Assembly: GCA_041736175.1 (NCBI GenBank)
Contig: JBGSUI010000057.1
Location: forward strand, 1 to 46,290
Direction: 5' to 3'
From: Oligoflexales bacterium
GTDB taxonomy: Bacteria; Bdellovibrionota_B; Oligoflexia; Oligoflexales; CAIYRB01
Length of the DNA stretch: 46,290 nt
The translations under genes and the position numbers were made by a program. This document shows positions 1 to 9,315 of the stretch, piece after piece (positions within the stretch are counted from its first letter, which is position 1; every line of letters starts with the position of its first letter). The notes under the pieces were generated by a model, which saw only the letters and a program-made list of their open reading frames with translations, was not told the DNA's origin and did not search any database.

Positions 1-81
1 ATTGGGCCTCAAAAATCAGCATCAAATGAATTCCAAAATGAAGACTTTCCCGCTAAAAAAAGCCCTTATGCAGAGCGTTAA

Positions 82-786
82 TCATTCGAGGCTCCAAAAC
101 TTGGTTATAGCATGAGGGCCTTTTTGGACACCCCAGTTGGAATATTGCCTTTCTGAAACCCTTAAAGTAAAATTGATTTGGAATTTTTTCCTAAGTGTTC
201 GTAAGCCATGGGCAGCAAACTCTCGCCAAACCGCTTTGGCAAGCCTCGTACTCTCCGCCCATGTCCTCCGGGCTTCTTTCCCATACCCGATTGTTTTAGC
301 CCGTGGTACTGTCAAGACTATATGAGCTAATCCGTTGTTTTCTTGGTCTTGTTCTAAGTAATTCATAACTGCCTGGTAGGTGGTCCTAAACCTATCTCCT
401 GCCTTGAGGTTTGAACATGTGGTGCAGACATTCCACAAATTACAACGCAACAATCCCAGCACGCTATTGAATTTTTCTCCGTTGATGATCCTAGTGGCGG
501 CAAACACCTCTCCCCCTGGTCGTCCGCAACCATCCATTTGCTGATGCCGTTTAGTTAAAAGGTCGACTTCTCTTGAAAAAGTTTCGTCACCTTTTCGATT
601 GATTAACCAACTTACTCCAACTATTCTTTTCCCATTTGTTGATTGGCGGAACTCTCTACCTATACCTATAGTTGGTGCATTGTTTATAGCTTCCCTAGTA
701 TCCCCGCCACGACTTCCTGCGGCCCCTATGGGGCCGCCCGTCGTCGGGCAGGGGGAATTTTTAAACTGACTGGTGTTAGTCGACAT
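82..786 (-). pseudogene. Rolling-circle replication initiator (Rep_1/pIJ101-like, Cys-rich), apparently truncated before the HUH motif
   Basis: GCGR...SVLGLLRCNLWNVCTTC Cys cluster, motif-I-like HIVLTVP, then RVSE...NWG with no HxH and no later catalytic Tyr motif before the stop. Confidence 0.6.
691..749 (-). other. Candidate double-strand origin/oriT
   Basis: Hairpins GCGGCCCC-TAT-GGGGCCGC (719-737) and GCCCG-TCGT-CGGGC (736-749), followed on the minus strand by CTAGGGAA (698-691), similar to CTTGGGA/CTTGATA nick sites. Confidence 0.4.
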
Positions 787-1516
787 AGAATTTAACCCTC
801 CGTGATCCTTGCTTAAAAATAAAAACCCCAGGCTTGGTTTGAATTTCTTGGTCGGTATACAGTTCGGGGATCTTTAAGGTATTTGCCATGTGAATGTCCT
901 GCCGCCCAATTATAGAAAATGAGATATTATCGGTCGCAGAATCAAGGAGCCCTCTATCTATGGCTCGTGCCGATTGAGTGGCTAAAATCACATGAAAGCC
1001 TACGTTGGCGTACCTTCGCAACGCCTTCTGAATAAACAATTTTAATTGAAGTTTCTGATCTTTTATCTCTGGAGGGTCTTCCTTGCCTATTTCTATTTGT
1101 TCGACAAATTCGTCAACGCAGATGATTGTGGGCCGGTATCTTGTTGATCCTGGAAATCGTTCACGCCATAGCATGTAAAAACTACCCCGGCAATTGGACT
1201 CCGATTTAAATTTCGCCATTCTCTTGGCCTTCGCATGTAGCTTGGATATCGCAGTGGTGTACGCTTCTGGCTGGTCAGGGGATAAAACATGGACATTTGG
1301 AAGGTCAGTTATATCAACAAATTCCTCACCATTCTTAACATCAAAAACAAAAACGTCTGCCTCGTTGCCCAGAGAATTAAGGAATTTCTTAATAAAAATC
1401 GAGATTCCTGTTGTTTTGCCAGTCCTCGAGGGCGACATCCATAAAGATCCAGCCAGTGCGTTCTTGAGCACGTCGATTTTAATTGGTCGACGATCGGCAG
1501 TATGTCTAAACTCCAC
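776..1516 (-). CDS. FtsK/SpoIIIE-family ATPase domain (TcpA/TraB-like coupling protein or translocase)
   Basis: Walker A variant SPSRTGKT, VFDVK, Walker B IICVDEF, FtsK-type GFHVILATQ; GTG start overlaps the upstream TAG. Confidence 0.8.
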   Translation of the reverse strand: MEFRHTADRRPIKIDVLKNALAGSLWMSPSRTGKTTGISIFIKKFLNSLGNEADVFVFDVKNGEEFVDITDLPNVHVLSPDQPEAYTTAISKLHAKAKRMAKFKSESNCRGSFYMLWRERFPGSTRYRPTIICVDEFVEQIEIGKEDPPEIKDQKLQLKLFIQKALRRYANVGFHVILATQSARAIDRGLLDSATDNISFSIIGRQDIHMANTLKIPELYTDQEIQTKPGVFIFKQGSRRVKFYVD

Positions 1517-2028
1517 TAACCCCGCTTTTTTTTTACAATTCCACTCACAGGTAAATAAATCTTGTCCTTATGCCACCCCTCTTCCACCTTAATCGGTTCG
1601 CCAAATGCAGTCCCCGCATATAGCTCAATACTCTGTTTGGCTTTTGTGACTACATCGACCGTGCAATTATCGTGTCCATATACATATACACCCAATAATT
1701 CACCAAACAGCCACGAGCGATGGGGCCTATAAACCGCATATGTATAGAGAGGATGCGGATCATTTAGAATTTTACCCTGACTGTCTCTGACGGCTGCTGT
1801 ATTACCATCGTCACGCACGAGTCCAGAATGTTGGTGGCAAAGACGACGCCAACGAGTCAAGCGATTCATCCGATATAGGATCAATAGAGACGACGCTACC
1901 AAAACAACAATGATGATATAGTCAGATACAAGTAGTTGCTGCCACACCTTGCCGCTTAACAGCGACATGGGATCCAGGCAAGATCGATACATTAGTTTTG
2001 AAAAGCCAATTAATTGATAACAGTTCAT
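1516..2028 (-). CDS. Single-TM protein, probable N-terminal anchor of the FtsK-like ATPase
   Basis: SD GAGGAG; hydrophobic YIIIVVLVASSLLILY then basic residues; ends at an A9G run where a -1 shift joins the ATPase frame. Confidence 0.65.
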   Translation of the reverse strand: MNCYQLIGFSKLMYRSCLDPMSLLSGKVWQQLLVSDYIIIVVLVASSLLILYRMNRLTRWRRLCHQHSGLVRDDGNTAAVRDSQGKILNDPHPLYTYAVYRPHRSWLFGELLGVYVYGHDNCTVDVVTKAKQSIELYAGTAFGEPIKVEEGWHKDKIYLPVSGIVKKKRG

Positions 2029-2084
2029 GTTCCGTTTCTCCTCATGGTTTTAAAATAATTGGTAAAAAATCGTAGCTCCGAAAT

Positions 2085-2115
2085 TGCGGGCGAAATTCAG
2101 TTAATTTCGCCCGCA
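2085..2115. repeat. Perfect 13-bp inverted repeat (terminator-like or ssDNA signal)
   Basis: TGCGGGCGAAATT-CAGTT-AATTTCGCCCGCA, just past the stop at 2123. Confidence 0.7.
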
Positions 2116-2122
2116 CAAGGCA

Positions 2123-2458
2123 CTAGGCTTTTTTGCTTGGAGGGACTGGGGCATGGGACACCAAATGGTAATTTGTTTTTTCCCCAGCTTTCCCTCGGGC
2201 CTCAGCATAAATTGAAACCAGGTAGGTCTGACCTACTTCGAATTTTGCCGATAGATCGGCTACCATAACAGCAATAGGCTTCTCAAAGCTGGCGGGGAAA
2301 GTTTCAACTAACTCTGTCAACATGGCCCGTACGACGATGACCTGGTGCGGCGGTTTATGCCACGTTTGGCCATTATCGAGTTTCCCACTCGCGGCTTCCT
2401 TTACACTAGTCCTCATTACTGTTACGACCTGAGTGCTACATACCTGAACTTTACTCAT
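2123..2458 (-). CDS. Small beta-rich protein, possibly ssDNA-binding (OB-fold-like)
   Basis: SD AAGGAG before ATG 2458; 111 aa with Val-rich alternating strands; lies upstream of FtsK and Rep. Confidence 0.55.
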   Translation of the reverse strand: MSKVQVCSTQVVTVMRTSVKEAASGKLDNGQTWHKPPHQVIVVRAMLTELVETFPASFEKPIAVMVADLSAKFEVGQTYLVSIYAEARGKAGEKTNYHLVSHAPVPPSKKA

Positions 2459-2740
2459 AACAAGACTCCTTTCTTGGGGGTCCCGCAGGACCGAGTTTAA
2501 TAACATCTAAACATCCACCAACCAAGGTATCGGATCTCCAATAACCGAAGCCCATATTTACGGCCTAAAGTTGTAATAAATCACTTTATATATAAATATC
2601 AATATGTTGGCTCCAGCTCGGGGCATATTGGCTGGCGGATAGAAGCCGGCCGCTAGTCTTTATATGACAAGCGAGAGGTGGCTCCCCAGCGTTGATCGGC
2701 TTGGGAACTCAACTCAATTTCTTTTGAAAATTAGACCTTG

Positions 2741-3925
2741 TTAACCGACGTTACCGTAGTCCCGTTTGTGGTTTTCTGCCTGCGCTTGAGGCGGTTTGCG
2801 TGTGTAAGCTTCTGTACTCGCCTGGTCGCCATGCCGCAAATGATCTTGGAGCAAAAAAATCGGCAAGTCGAGCGTCCTCCCTAAATACACACCGGAGGCA
2901 CGCCGCAGATCATGCAGGGTGACTTTTAAGCGCGACTTGCCGTGTCGTTGCCAATACTTAAATAGTGTATCGCGGCTACGACCATCACAGAGGGGGCGGT
3001 TTTGAAAACGCGGTAAGAGTTTGGCCAGTGTATTAGCTGCTTGTTGGCTCCAGATATTAACATAGCCGTGACTGAAATGGTTTTTCGGAACTCCCTGGAC
3101 ACCGCCTTTTTTAAGGGCCTTATTCACGTGAAGGCTCAAACCCGAACCTAATCCATGCTTTTTAAAGCGTGGGTAGGTCAGAGCCAATTCGTATGCCTGC
3201 GGTGCAGTGTAGAAATCCGACTCGGTGATGGCGAAGGTCTCTTCGGGTCTTAGCGATCCGAAATATCCAAGCAAGGCCATAAGGGCACAGCGGTCGCTCG
3301 CGGTCTTACAGAACGAGAAGACATCTTCGGGTTTGATGTCAAACTCTAGTGGCGTGGGGGCCTGTTTATTCGCTGTCGGTAAAATTGGCGTCCACGGCTT
3401 TGAGATGATGTTATGTAGCGTTAGATACTTAGAGAATCGGACGAGGACCGCCAGGACCTTCTTAATTTGGTTGGTTTTGAGATGCCCCTCATCGATTAGG
3501 TATTGGGCAAGATGGGGAATGTGGTATTCCCAGATTCGGACGTCCTTCTGCTTGCGTTCCCGGACAAAAAAGGGAGCGATATGGAGGTCGAACCGACGCT
3601 GTTCTTCTTCAACAGTGGTGCCCTGTAGATTGCGTAGTGCCGCCCGTTCGCTGATAAAGCTCCTGAATAGGGTCAATGCCTCATCATTCTGCATTAGCAC
3701 CCGTTCCAAGGTTCGGGTGGCCTGACGGCGGTTCTCCGAAATGTAGAGGTCAATCCATTTCTCAATATCGTCGTCCCCAGCATTGTCGAGATGTTTAGTT
3801 AGGTTTCGTGTTATTTTTTTCGGCCCGCGAGTCTCAGGGTCATAAAGTTGCACAATGACTCTACCGCCGTCGCGATACCACCGTTTCCTACGTTCCTTCT
3901 TGTTAGCCAAATCCGCCTCCGTCAT
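2741..3925 (-). CDS. int: Tyrosine recombinase/integrase
   Basis: Catalytic motifs GSLRPEE (R), HDLRR (HxxR), LRHG (H), STEAY (Y); adjacent to tRNA. Confidence 0.93.
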   Translation of the reverse strand: MTEADLANKKERRKRWYRDGGRVIVQLYDPETRGPKKITRNLTKHLDNAGDDDIEKWIDLYISENRRQATRTLERVLMQNDEALTLFRSFISERAALRNLQGTTVEEEQRRFDLHIAPFFVRERKQKDVRIWEYHIPHLAQYLIDEGHLKTNQIKKVLAVLVRFSKYLTLHNIISKPWTPILPTANKQAPTPLEFDIKPEDVFSFCKTASDRCALMALLGYFGSLRPEETFAITESDFYTAPQAYELALTYPRFKKHGLGSGLSLHVNKALKKGGVQGVPKNHFSHGYVNIWSQQAANTLAKLLPRFQNRPLCDGRSRDTLFKYWQRHGKSRLKVTLHDLRRASGVYLGRTLDLPIFLLQDHLRHGDQASTEAYTRKPPQAQAENHKRDYGNVG

Positions 3926-3934
3926 GCTCGATTG

Positions 3935-3961
3935 TTATCGGCAGGAAACAAATCAGCTTTA
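3935..3961 (-). promoter_or_regulatory. sigma28 (FliA) promoter of the integrase
   Basis: TAAA-N15-GCCGATAA exact consensus, ending 9 nt before the int ATG. Confidence 0.75.
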
Positions 3962-3978
3962 TCGAAGGGTTACGTTGA

Positions 3979-4009
3979 TATTACCCGTATTACCCGACTT
4001 AGGGTAATA
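3979..4009. repeat. TATTACCC(G) repeats: two tandem direct copies and one inverted (candidate integrase arm sites)
   Basis: TATTACCCG at 3979-3987 and 3988-3996; GGGTAATA at 4002-4009. Confidence 0.6.
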
Positions 4010-4047
4010 GCGGTTTAGGCAGGAAGATAGAAAACCCTTAAAAATCA

Positions 4048-4122
4048 TGGCGGTTCCGGCAGGAATCGAACCTGCACCGCCGCCTTCGGAGGGCGGAATG
4101 ATATCCATTTCACTACGGAACC
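4048..4122 (-). tRNA. tRNA-Arg(CCG)
   Basis: Acceptor GGTTCCG/CGGAACC, anticodon arm CCGCC-CTCCGAA-GGCGG, T loop TTCGATT, encoded CCA. Confidence 0.97.
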
Positions 4123-4230
4123 GTGGTGATTAGCTACCTTAAGGACGGGCTTAGTGTCACGATGTTTTTTTAAATTCTTTAAAATCGAGAAGTTATCGAT
4201 ACTAGAGTCTTAGATCCTTAGAATGCGATC

Positions 4231-5319
4231 CTAGGATCTTGCCAGGTTTTCAGTTTGTGAAAGGAGATCTTTCGGGGCTTTAGGCTGTTGCGAACGCTCG
4301 ATCTCGAGGAGTTTAGAGATGGCGTCTACAGATCTGATTTGAATCGAGAGTTGGCCAGGGATAAAGGTCAGGATTTTGGCGTCATCTTCCTTAGAGGTTG
4401 AGCCTGTCTCTACCGAGGAGATCTGAATCAAACCAAGAAACTCATGGCGTCTCAAGGTCTGATCGAAGGTCTCTTTGTCGGTCAGCGCATGTAAAATTTC
4501 TGAGTAGGGAAGGTTAAATTCACCCGTCGGCAGGGAGGGGATCGGTGGCTTTTTATTCCGTACATAGTCACAGATTTTAAGGATGAGTTGGCGATCTCCT
4601 GGTGTGGATTGGCTGACCCCTTTGCGGAACTCGTAGGAGCCTAGAAAGCGGTGAGCAAAGGTACCAAAGGCTGCAAGGCGTTCGAGGACGCTGATTTCAG
4701 CCCGGCGTATGGTCGCGTTTGGTTCTGACTTAAGGATTCCCACGGCCAGAAAGGTGTCAAAAATGTTGCCTAACTTATGTTTTTCAACACCGGTGATTTT
4801 ACTTAAGGTACCTAGGGCAAGGTCTACATCTACGATTTTCTTTTCGGCCTGAGGATCGACCTGCATAGCTCCTACGGCAGAAAGTCCAAAAGCGACGATG
4901 CTTGCCAGCTGAACTGCGGCGCAGTCGAGTTGCTGGTGGTGTGCTTGGACAGCAAGTTTTACATAGAGATCATCCATATGTTTGATGCGTAGTGTAAAGT
5001 CTTTGATTACGGTATGGACCCAAGGAGGCATGGAAGAGATAAGGCTTTTAAACCCGCCTTGTTTGACGAGGGTGGCCTTGACTTTAGTCAAGGTACGAGC
5101 GGATGCAAGACGGGGTTCTCGGGTCAAGCAGGTCATAATACCTAAGACTTCGCCTGGTCCAAGGACCGCAAGCTGGGCTGTAAGATCACCGGATTTACGA
5201 TAGATCTCGACTTTTCCCTCTCTTATACAAAAAAGATCGCCACCAGCATCTCCTTCATTAAAAATGATCTGACCAGATTCAAATTCTACTTGATGACCGC
5301 TAAGCCCATTGACTGACAT
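4231..5319 (-). CDS. cNMP-binding (Crp/Fnr-like) domain protein with long C-terminal region
   Basis: IIFNEGD..LFCIREGKVEI..LGPGEVLG..PRLASA. Confidence 0.8.
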   Translation of the reverse strand: MSVNGLSGHQVEFESGQIIFNEGDAGGDLFCIREGKVEIYRKSGDLTAQLAVLGPGEVLGIMTCLTREPRLASARTLTKVKATLVKQGGFKSLISSMPPWVHTVIKDFTLRIKHMDDLYVKLAVQAHHQQLDCAAVQLASIVAFGLSAVGAMQVDPQAEKKIVDVDLALGTLSKITGVEKHKLGNIFDTFLAVGILKSEPNATIRRAEISVLERLAAFGTFAHRFLGSYEFRKGVSQSTPGDRQLILKICDYVRNKKPPIPSLPTGEFNLPYSEILHALTDKETFDQTLRRHEFLGLIQISSVETGSTSKEDDAKILTFIPGQLSIQIRSVDAISKLLEIERSQQPKAPKDLLSQTENLARS

Positions 5320-5336
5320 GGGGCACTCTCCCGAGG

Positions 5337-6080
5337 CTAAATGGTTTCCTTAAAAGGTAACCCATCAGTGAGGATCTCGTCGACTCCTGAGGTTAAAGCT
5401 CGCCGCACCTCAGAGATATTCTGTGGCAGAAAAGCGACGACCAGGGCATCTCGACGATGAAACTCTGTCACGAGTCGAGGGCTGATGACTTGTTGTCCCC
5501 AAAGTTGTGGGGGGAGGGCGTAGGTTCTGCCTTTTTTAATCCCCGCCAAAAAACCTAGGCCACAGAGGCCAAGGAGGCCGCTTTTCCAGCACTCTCGGTC
5601 TCGGGCATAGATCCGAGAATTGGGGAGAAAAGTAAGTAGCTGTTTTTCATGCTGTGCATCCCAGGTGAGGAATTTTGCATGGGATGTTAACCAGTCAGTT
5701 GCGTGATGATTTTTGATCCAGATTTCTAAAGCCTTTAGTGTTTTAGCGCCGTGTTCGGGTTTGATATCAAACACCCAGGAATAACCAGCGAGATCATGGA
5801 TAAATTCATCAAAAAAATAGGGTGCGCTGCCATCAGGAAACCGCATGGTTTCAATCTCGGAGCGGTCGAGGGTGCCAAGATCTCTTTGAGCGTGGGAGTG
5901 GGAATGGGAAAGACGGCCAAAATGAAGATCATGACAGAGCACAATAGACTCGTCCCTGGTCACCCTTAAATCAGTCTCAAAGGTATGAAACCCCGCTTCG
6001 ATTGCAGCCTGAAAGGCTGGCCGGGTGTTTTCAACTCCATGGGTTTTAAGTCCGCGGTGGCTAATCCAAGTAACTGTCAC
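5337..6080 (-). CDS. Glycerophosphodiester phosphodiesterase family protein
   Basis: [29 protein letters not shown]. Confidence 0.88.
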   Translation of the reverse strand: MTVTWISHRGLKTHGVENTRPAFQAAIEAGFHTFETDLRVTRDESIVLCHDLHFGRLSHSHSHAQRDLGTLDRSEIETMRFPDGSAPYFFDEFIHDLAGYSWVFDIKPEHGAKTLKALEIWIKNHHATDWLTSHAKFLTWDAQHEKQLLTFLPNSRIYARDRECWKSGLLGLCGLGFLAGIKKGRTYALPPQLWGQQVISPRLVTEFHRRDALVVAFLPQNISEVRRALTSGVDEILTDGLPFKETI

Positions 6081-6127
6081 AAAAAATCCTCTTTTGGTTC
6101 CATAAAAGATACGCTATAGTCCAGCTT

Positions 6128-8299
6128 ATGTACAGAACGGGCAAAAAACATCTTGATTTATGGCGCGCTCTTGCTCAAAAAGATCTGAAATCTACCAAAG
6201 ATGATCAGCTCCAGCGAGAGACTCCTGAGCATATTCCGATCAAGGCTGTTTACACGGCCCTTGATATAGAAAATCTGGATCATCTCGACAGTCTGCCCGG
6301 GTTTCCTCCCTTTACCCGAGGTCCGCGGGCGACGATGTATACGGCCCAGCCATGGACCATTCGCCAGTATGCGGGGTTTTCGACTGCCGAAGAGTCCAAC
6401 GCTTTTTACCGACGCAATTTGGCCCAAGGCCAAAAAGGTCTTAGTGTCGCCTTCGATCTAGCGACCCATCGAGGTTACGATTCTGATCATCCACGGGTGA
6501 CAGGGGATGTTGGCAAGGCAGGGGTGGCAATTGATTCAGTCGAGGATATGAAAATCCTGTTTGATCAGATTCCCCTGGGCGAGATGTCGGTTTCCATGAC
6601 TATGAATGGCGCTGTGTTGCCTATTCTGGCTGCCTATATTGTGGCGGCTGAGGAACAGGGCGTCTCTCAGGACAGGCTTTCGGGGACCATTCAAAACGAC
6701 ATCCTCAAAGAATATATGGTGCGTAATACCTATATCTATCCACCAGAGCCTTCGATGCGCATCGTTGGGGATATCATCGAATACTCAAGCCAGCATATGC
6801 GGCGGTTCAATAGCATCAGTATCAGCGGTTACCATATGCAGGAGGCCGGAGCAGATTCTGCCCTTGAGCTAGCTTTTACCTTGGCGGATGGGGTGGAATA
6901 TGTGCGAGCGGCCTTGATGCGGGGGGCAAAAATCGATGACTTTGCGCCGAGGCTATCGTTCTTTTTTGGAATCGGCATGAACTTCTATATGGAGATCGCC
7001 AAGCTTAGGGCGGCCCGGACTCTTTGGCACGAACTCATCCTTCCTTTTGAACCTAAAGACCCCAAATCCCTGATGCTGCGGACCCACTGTCAAACCTCTG
7101 GGTATACTCTTACAGAGCAAGATCCCTATAACAACATCGTTCGCACAACGGTCGAGGCCATGGCTGCAGTCCTTGGTGGTACCCAGTCCTTACACACCAA
7201 TGCTTTTGACGAGGCGATTGCATTGCCCACAGATTTTTCTGCACGCATCGCCCGCAATACCCAGCTTATTATTCAGCATGAAACGGATATCACCCATACC
7301 GTCGATCCCTTTGGCGGCAGCTATTTTATGGAGGCTTTGACTGGGGATTTGATCAACAGAGGCCGTCAGCTGATCAAAGAAGTCGAAGATCATGGTGGAA
7401 TGGTTAAGGCGATTTTAGCGGGATTTCCTAAGCTTAAAATCGAAGAAGCTGCGGCTCGTAAACAAGCTCGTGTAGATAGTGGCCAAGACGTGATCGTGGG
7501 GGTCAACAAGTACCAAGTTAAATCAGCCCAAGAGAAGCCCATCGATGTCTTAGAAATTGACAATACTAAAGTCCGCGATGCGCAGATTCAAAAGCTTCAA
7601 AAACTACGAGCCTCCAGGAATCAATCCCAGGTGGAGGCCACTCTCAAGCATCTTGTGGAGGTGGCCAAAGACCCCAGAGGAAATCTCCTTGAGGCTATGA
7701 TTCCGGCGATCCGGGCGCGAGCAACCTTAGGTGAAACCTCTGAGGCCCTTGCCAGCGTTTTTGGTCGCCATAGGGCAGCTCCCCAATTGATCAGCTCGGT
7801 CTATCAAGCGGCTTATGCTAACGATCATCAGGAAAATGATTTTACCCGGGCAAAAGCCATCGTAGATCGATTTGCTGAAGAGGAAGGGCGTCGTCCGCGG
7901 ATCTTGGTCGCTAAATTAGGCCAAGACGGTCACGATCGGGGATCAAAAGTGATTGCGACGGGTCTTGCAGATTTGGGATTTGATGTGGATATTGGTCCAT
8001 TATTTCAAACACCCGAAGAGGCTGCCAAACAGGCAGTGGAAAGCGATGTCCATGTGGTTGGAGTGTCATCCCAGGCTGCAGGTCATAAGACTTTGGTTCC
8101 AGAACTGATCCAGGCTTTAGCCAAACTAGGTGCCCTCGATATTCTGGTGGTGGTAGGCGGAGTGATTCCCACTAAGGACTATGAGTTTCTCAAACACCAT
8201 GGTGCTATCGCCATCTTTGGACCGGGGACGCCCATACCGGTTTGTGCCATGACTATGATTGAGGCTCTGCGCAATCATCAGCGAAAACCTGAGCCGTGA
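6128..8299 (+). CDS. scpA: Methylmalonyl-CoA mutase (B12-dependent)
   Basis: [31 protein letters not shown]12-binding GQDGHDRG. Confidence 0.97.
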   Translation: MYRTGKKHLDLWRALAQKDLKSTKDDQLQRETPEHIPIKAVYTALDIENLDHLDSLPGFPPFTRGPRATMYTAQPWTIRQYAGFSTAEESNAFYRRNLAQGQKGLSVAFDLATHRGYDSDHPRVTGDVGKAGVAIDSVEDMKILFDQIPLGEMSVSMTMNGAVLPILAAYIVAAEEQGVSQDRLSGTIQNDILKEYMVRNTYIYPPEPSMRIVGDIIEYSSQHMRRFNSISISGYHMQEAGADSALELAFTLADGVEYVRAALMRGAKIDDFAPRLSFFFGIGMNFYMEIAKLRAARTLWHELILPFEPKDPKSLMLRTHCQTSGYTLTEQDPYNNIVRTTVEAMAAVLGGTQSLHTNAFDEAIALPTDFSARIARNTQLIIQHETDITHTVDPFGGSYFMEALTGDLINRGRQLIKEVEDHGGMVKAILAGFPKLKIEEAAARKQARVDSGQDVIVGVNKYQVKSAQEKPIDVLEIDNTKVRDAQIQKLQKLRASRNQSQVEATLKHLVEVAKDPRGNLLEAMIPAIRARATLGETSEALASVFGRHRAAPQLISSVYQAAYANDHQENDFTRAKAIVDRFAEEEGRRPRILVAKLGQDGHDRGSKVIATGLADLGFDVDIGPLFQTPEEAAKQAVESDVHVVGVSSQAAGHKTLVPELIQALAKLGALDILVVVGGVIPTKDYEFLKHHGAIAIFGPGTPIPVCAMTMIEALRNHQRKPEP

Positions 8300-9315
8300 A
8301 TCCCATCGAATGGCAACTTTGGAACGACTTACGGGCTGGGCATACCCGTGTTTTAGCTAAGGTGATCACGCTTATAGAAAACCAGCGTCCAGACCAACGG
8401 GCCCTAGCAGAAAAACTACTCAGTCGGATCCTTCCATCCTCTGGAAAATCCATAAGGATCGGAATTACGGGTGCGCCAGGGGTTGGCAAAAGTACGTTTA
8501 TCGAACAGTTTGGCCTACGACTGGTCCAAAAAGGGCATCGTTTGGCAGTGCTAGCGATCGATCCAACCTCTCCCCTCTCCGGCGGCAGCATTCTAGGCGA
8601 TCGCATCAGGATGGAAGAACTCTCTCGACATCCAAGTGTGTTTATACGTCCATCGCCCTCGGGTCTGAGTCTTGGGGGAGTCGCTCGATACACACGGGAG
8701 ACCATCCTCGCGTGCGAAGCTGCGGGTTTTGACAGAATCATCGTCGAAACCGTTGGTGTCGGCCAAAGTGAAGTCGAAGTTGCTTCGATGGTAGATGTTT
8801 TTTTAATCCTGCAGCAGCCCTATTCAGGCGACGATATCCAAGGCCTCAAAAAGGGACTCTTGGAACTCGCGGATTTGGTGGCTGTGACCAAGGGGGACGG
8901 GGAGCTTTTACTGCCGGCACAAGTGACCCGACAAAAGCTGGAGTCATCCCTGCATTTGGCAAAGGTCGTTGGAAACCATGGGTCTGAGTCCTGGGATCAT
9001 GGCCACCAGCAGCGTGTTCTCGTGGTTAGCGGCAAGACCGGCGATGGATTAGATGAACTTCTCAACCAGCTCGAACAGTTTGTGGGTGTCCAAGTGAGTT
9101 CTGGGAGGTTTCAAGGGCGGCGCATGGACCAAGCCAAAGCTTGGTTCCAGAGCGAACTCACCCATAACCTCGAAAAGAGATTTTTCTCGGATCCCTGGGT
9201 GCAAGAGCAGCTTAAAAGGATAGAGCCAAAGATCTATGGACTTCAATCGACCCCGAGTCTTGTCGCTAAGGATCTGGTAGGTCAATTCTTACAGCGAGGT
9301 CCTAAGGGTGTTTGA
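8296..9315 (+). CDS. meaB: Mutase-associated GTPase MeaB/ArgK
   Basis: [39 protein letters not shown]; overlaps the mutase stop. Confidence 0.95.
   Translation: MNPIEWQLWNDLRAGHTRVLAKVITLIENQRPDQRALAEKLLSRILPSSGKSIRIGITGAPGVGKSTFIEQFGLRLVQKGHRLAVLAIDPTSPLSGGSILGDRIRMEELSRHPSVFIRPSPSGLSLGGVARYTRETILACEAAGFDRIIVETVGVGQSEVEVASMVDVFLILQQPYSGDDIQGLKKGLLELADLVAVTKGDGELLLPAQVTRQKLESSLHLAKVVGNHGSESWDHGHQQRVLVVSGKTGDGLDELLNQLEQFVGVQVSSGRFQGRRMDQAKAWFQSELTHNLEKRFFSDPWVQEQLKRIEPKIYGLQSTPSLVAKDLVGQFLQRGPKGV

Larger units (their letters stand above)
1..4047 (-). mobile_element. tRNA-Arg-anchored integrative element (integrase, small beta protein, FtsK-like translocase, rolling-circle Rep); other end outside the window
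   Basis: Tyrosine integrase starts about 120 bp past the tRNA 3' end; co-oriented FtsK-like and Rep-like ORFs follow; no duplicated tRNA 3' end seen in 1-4047. Confidence 0.85.

Noticed and set aside
776..2458. Inovirus prophage interpretation
   Set aside because: No small coat-protein ORFs; the ATPase has FtsK-type motifs and an upstream TM, unlike Zot/pI
2527..2720. sigma28-like -10 boxes (TCCGATAC 2527-2534, GCCGATCA 2693-2700)
   Set aside because: No acceptable -35 box at 15-16 nt spacing
1..4047. Second att site (duplicated tRNA 3' end)
   Set aside because: Only 8-9-bp matches found; the real boundary is probably left of the window
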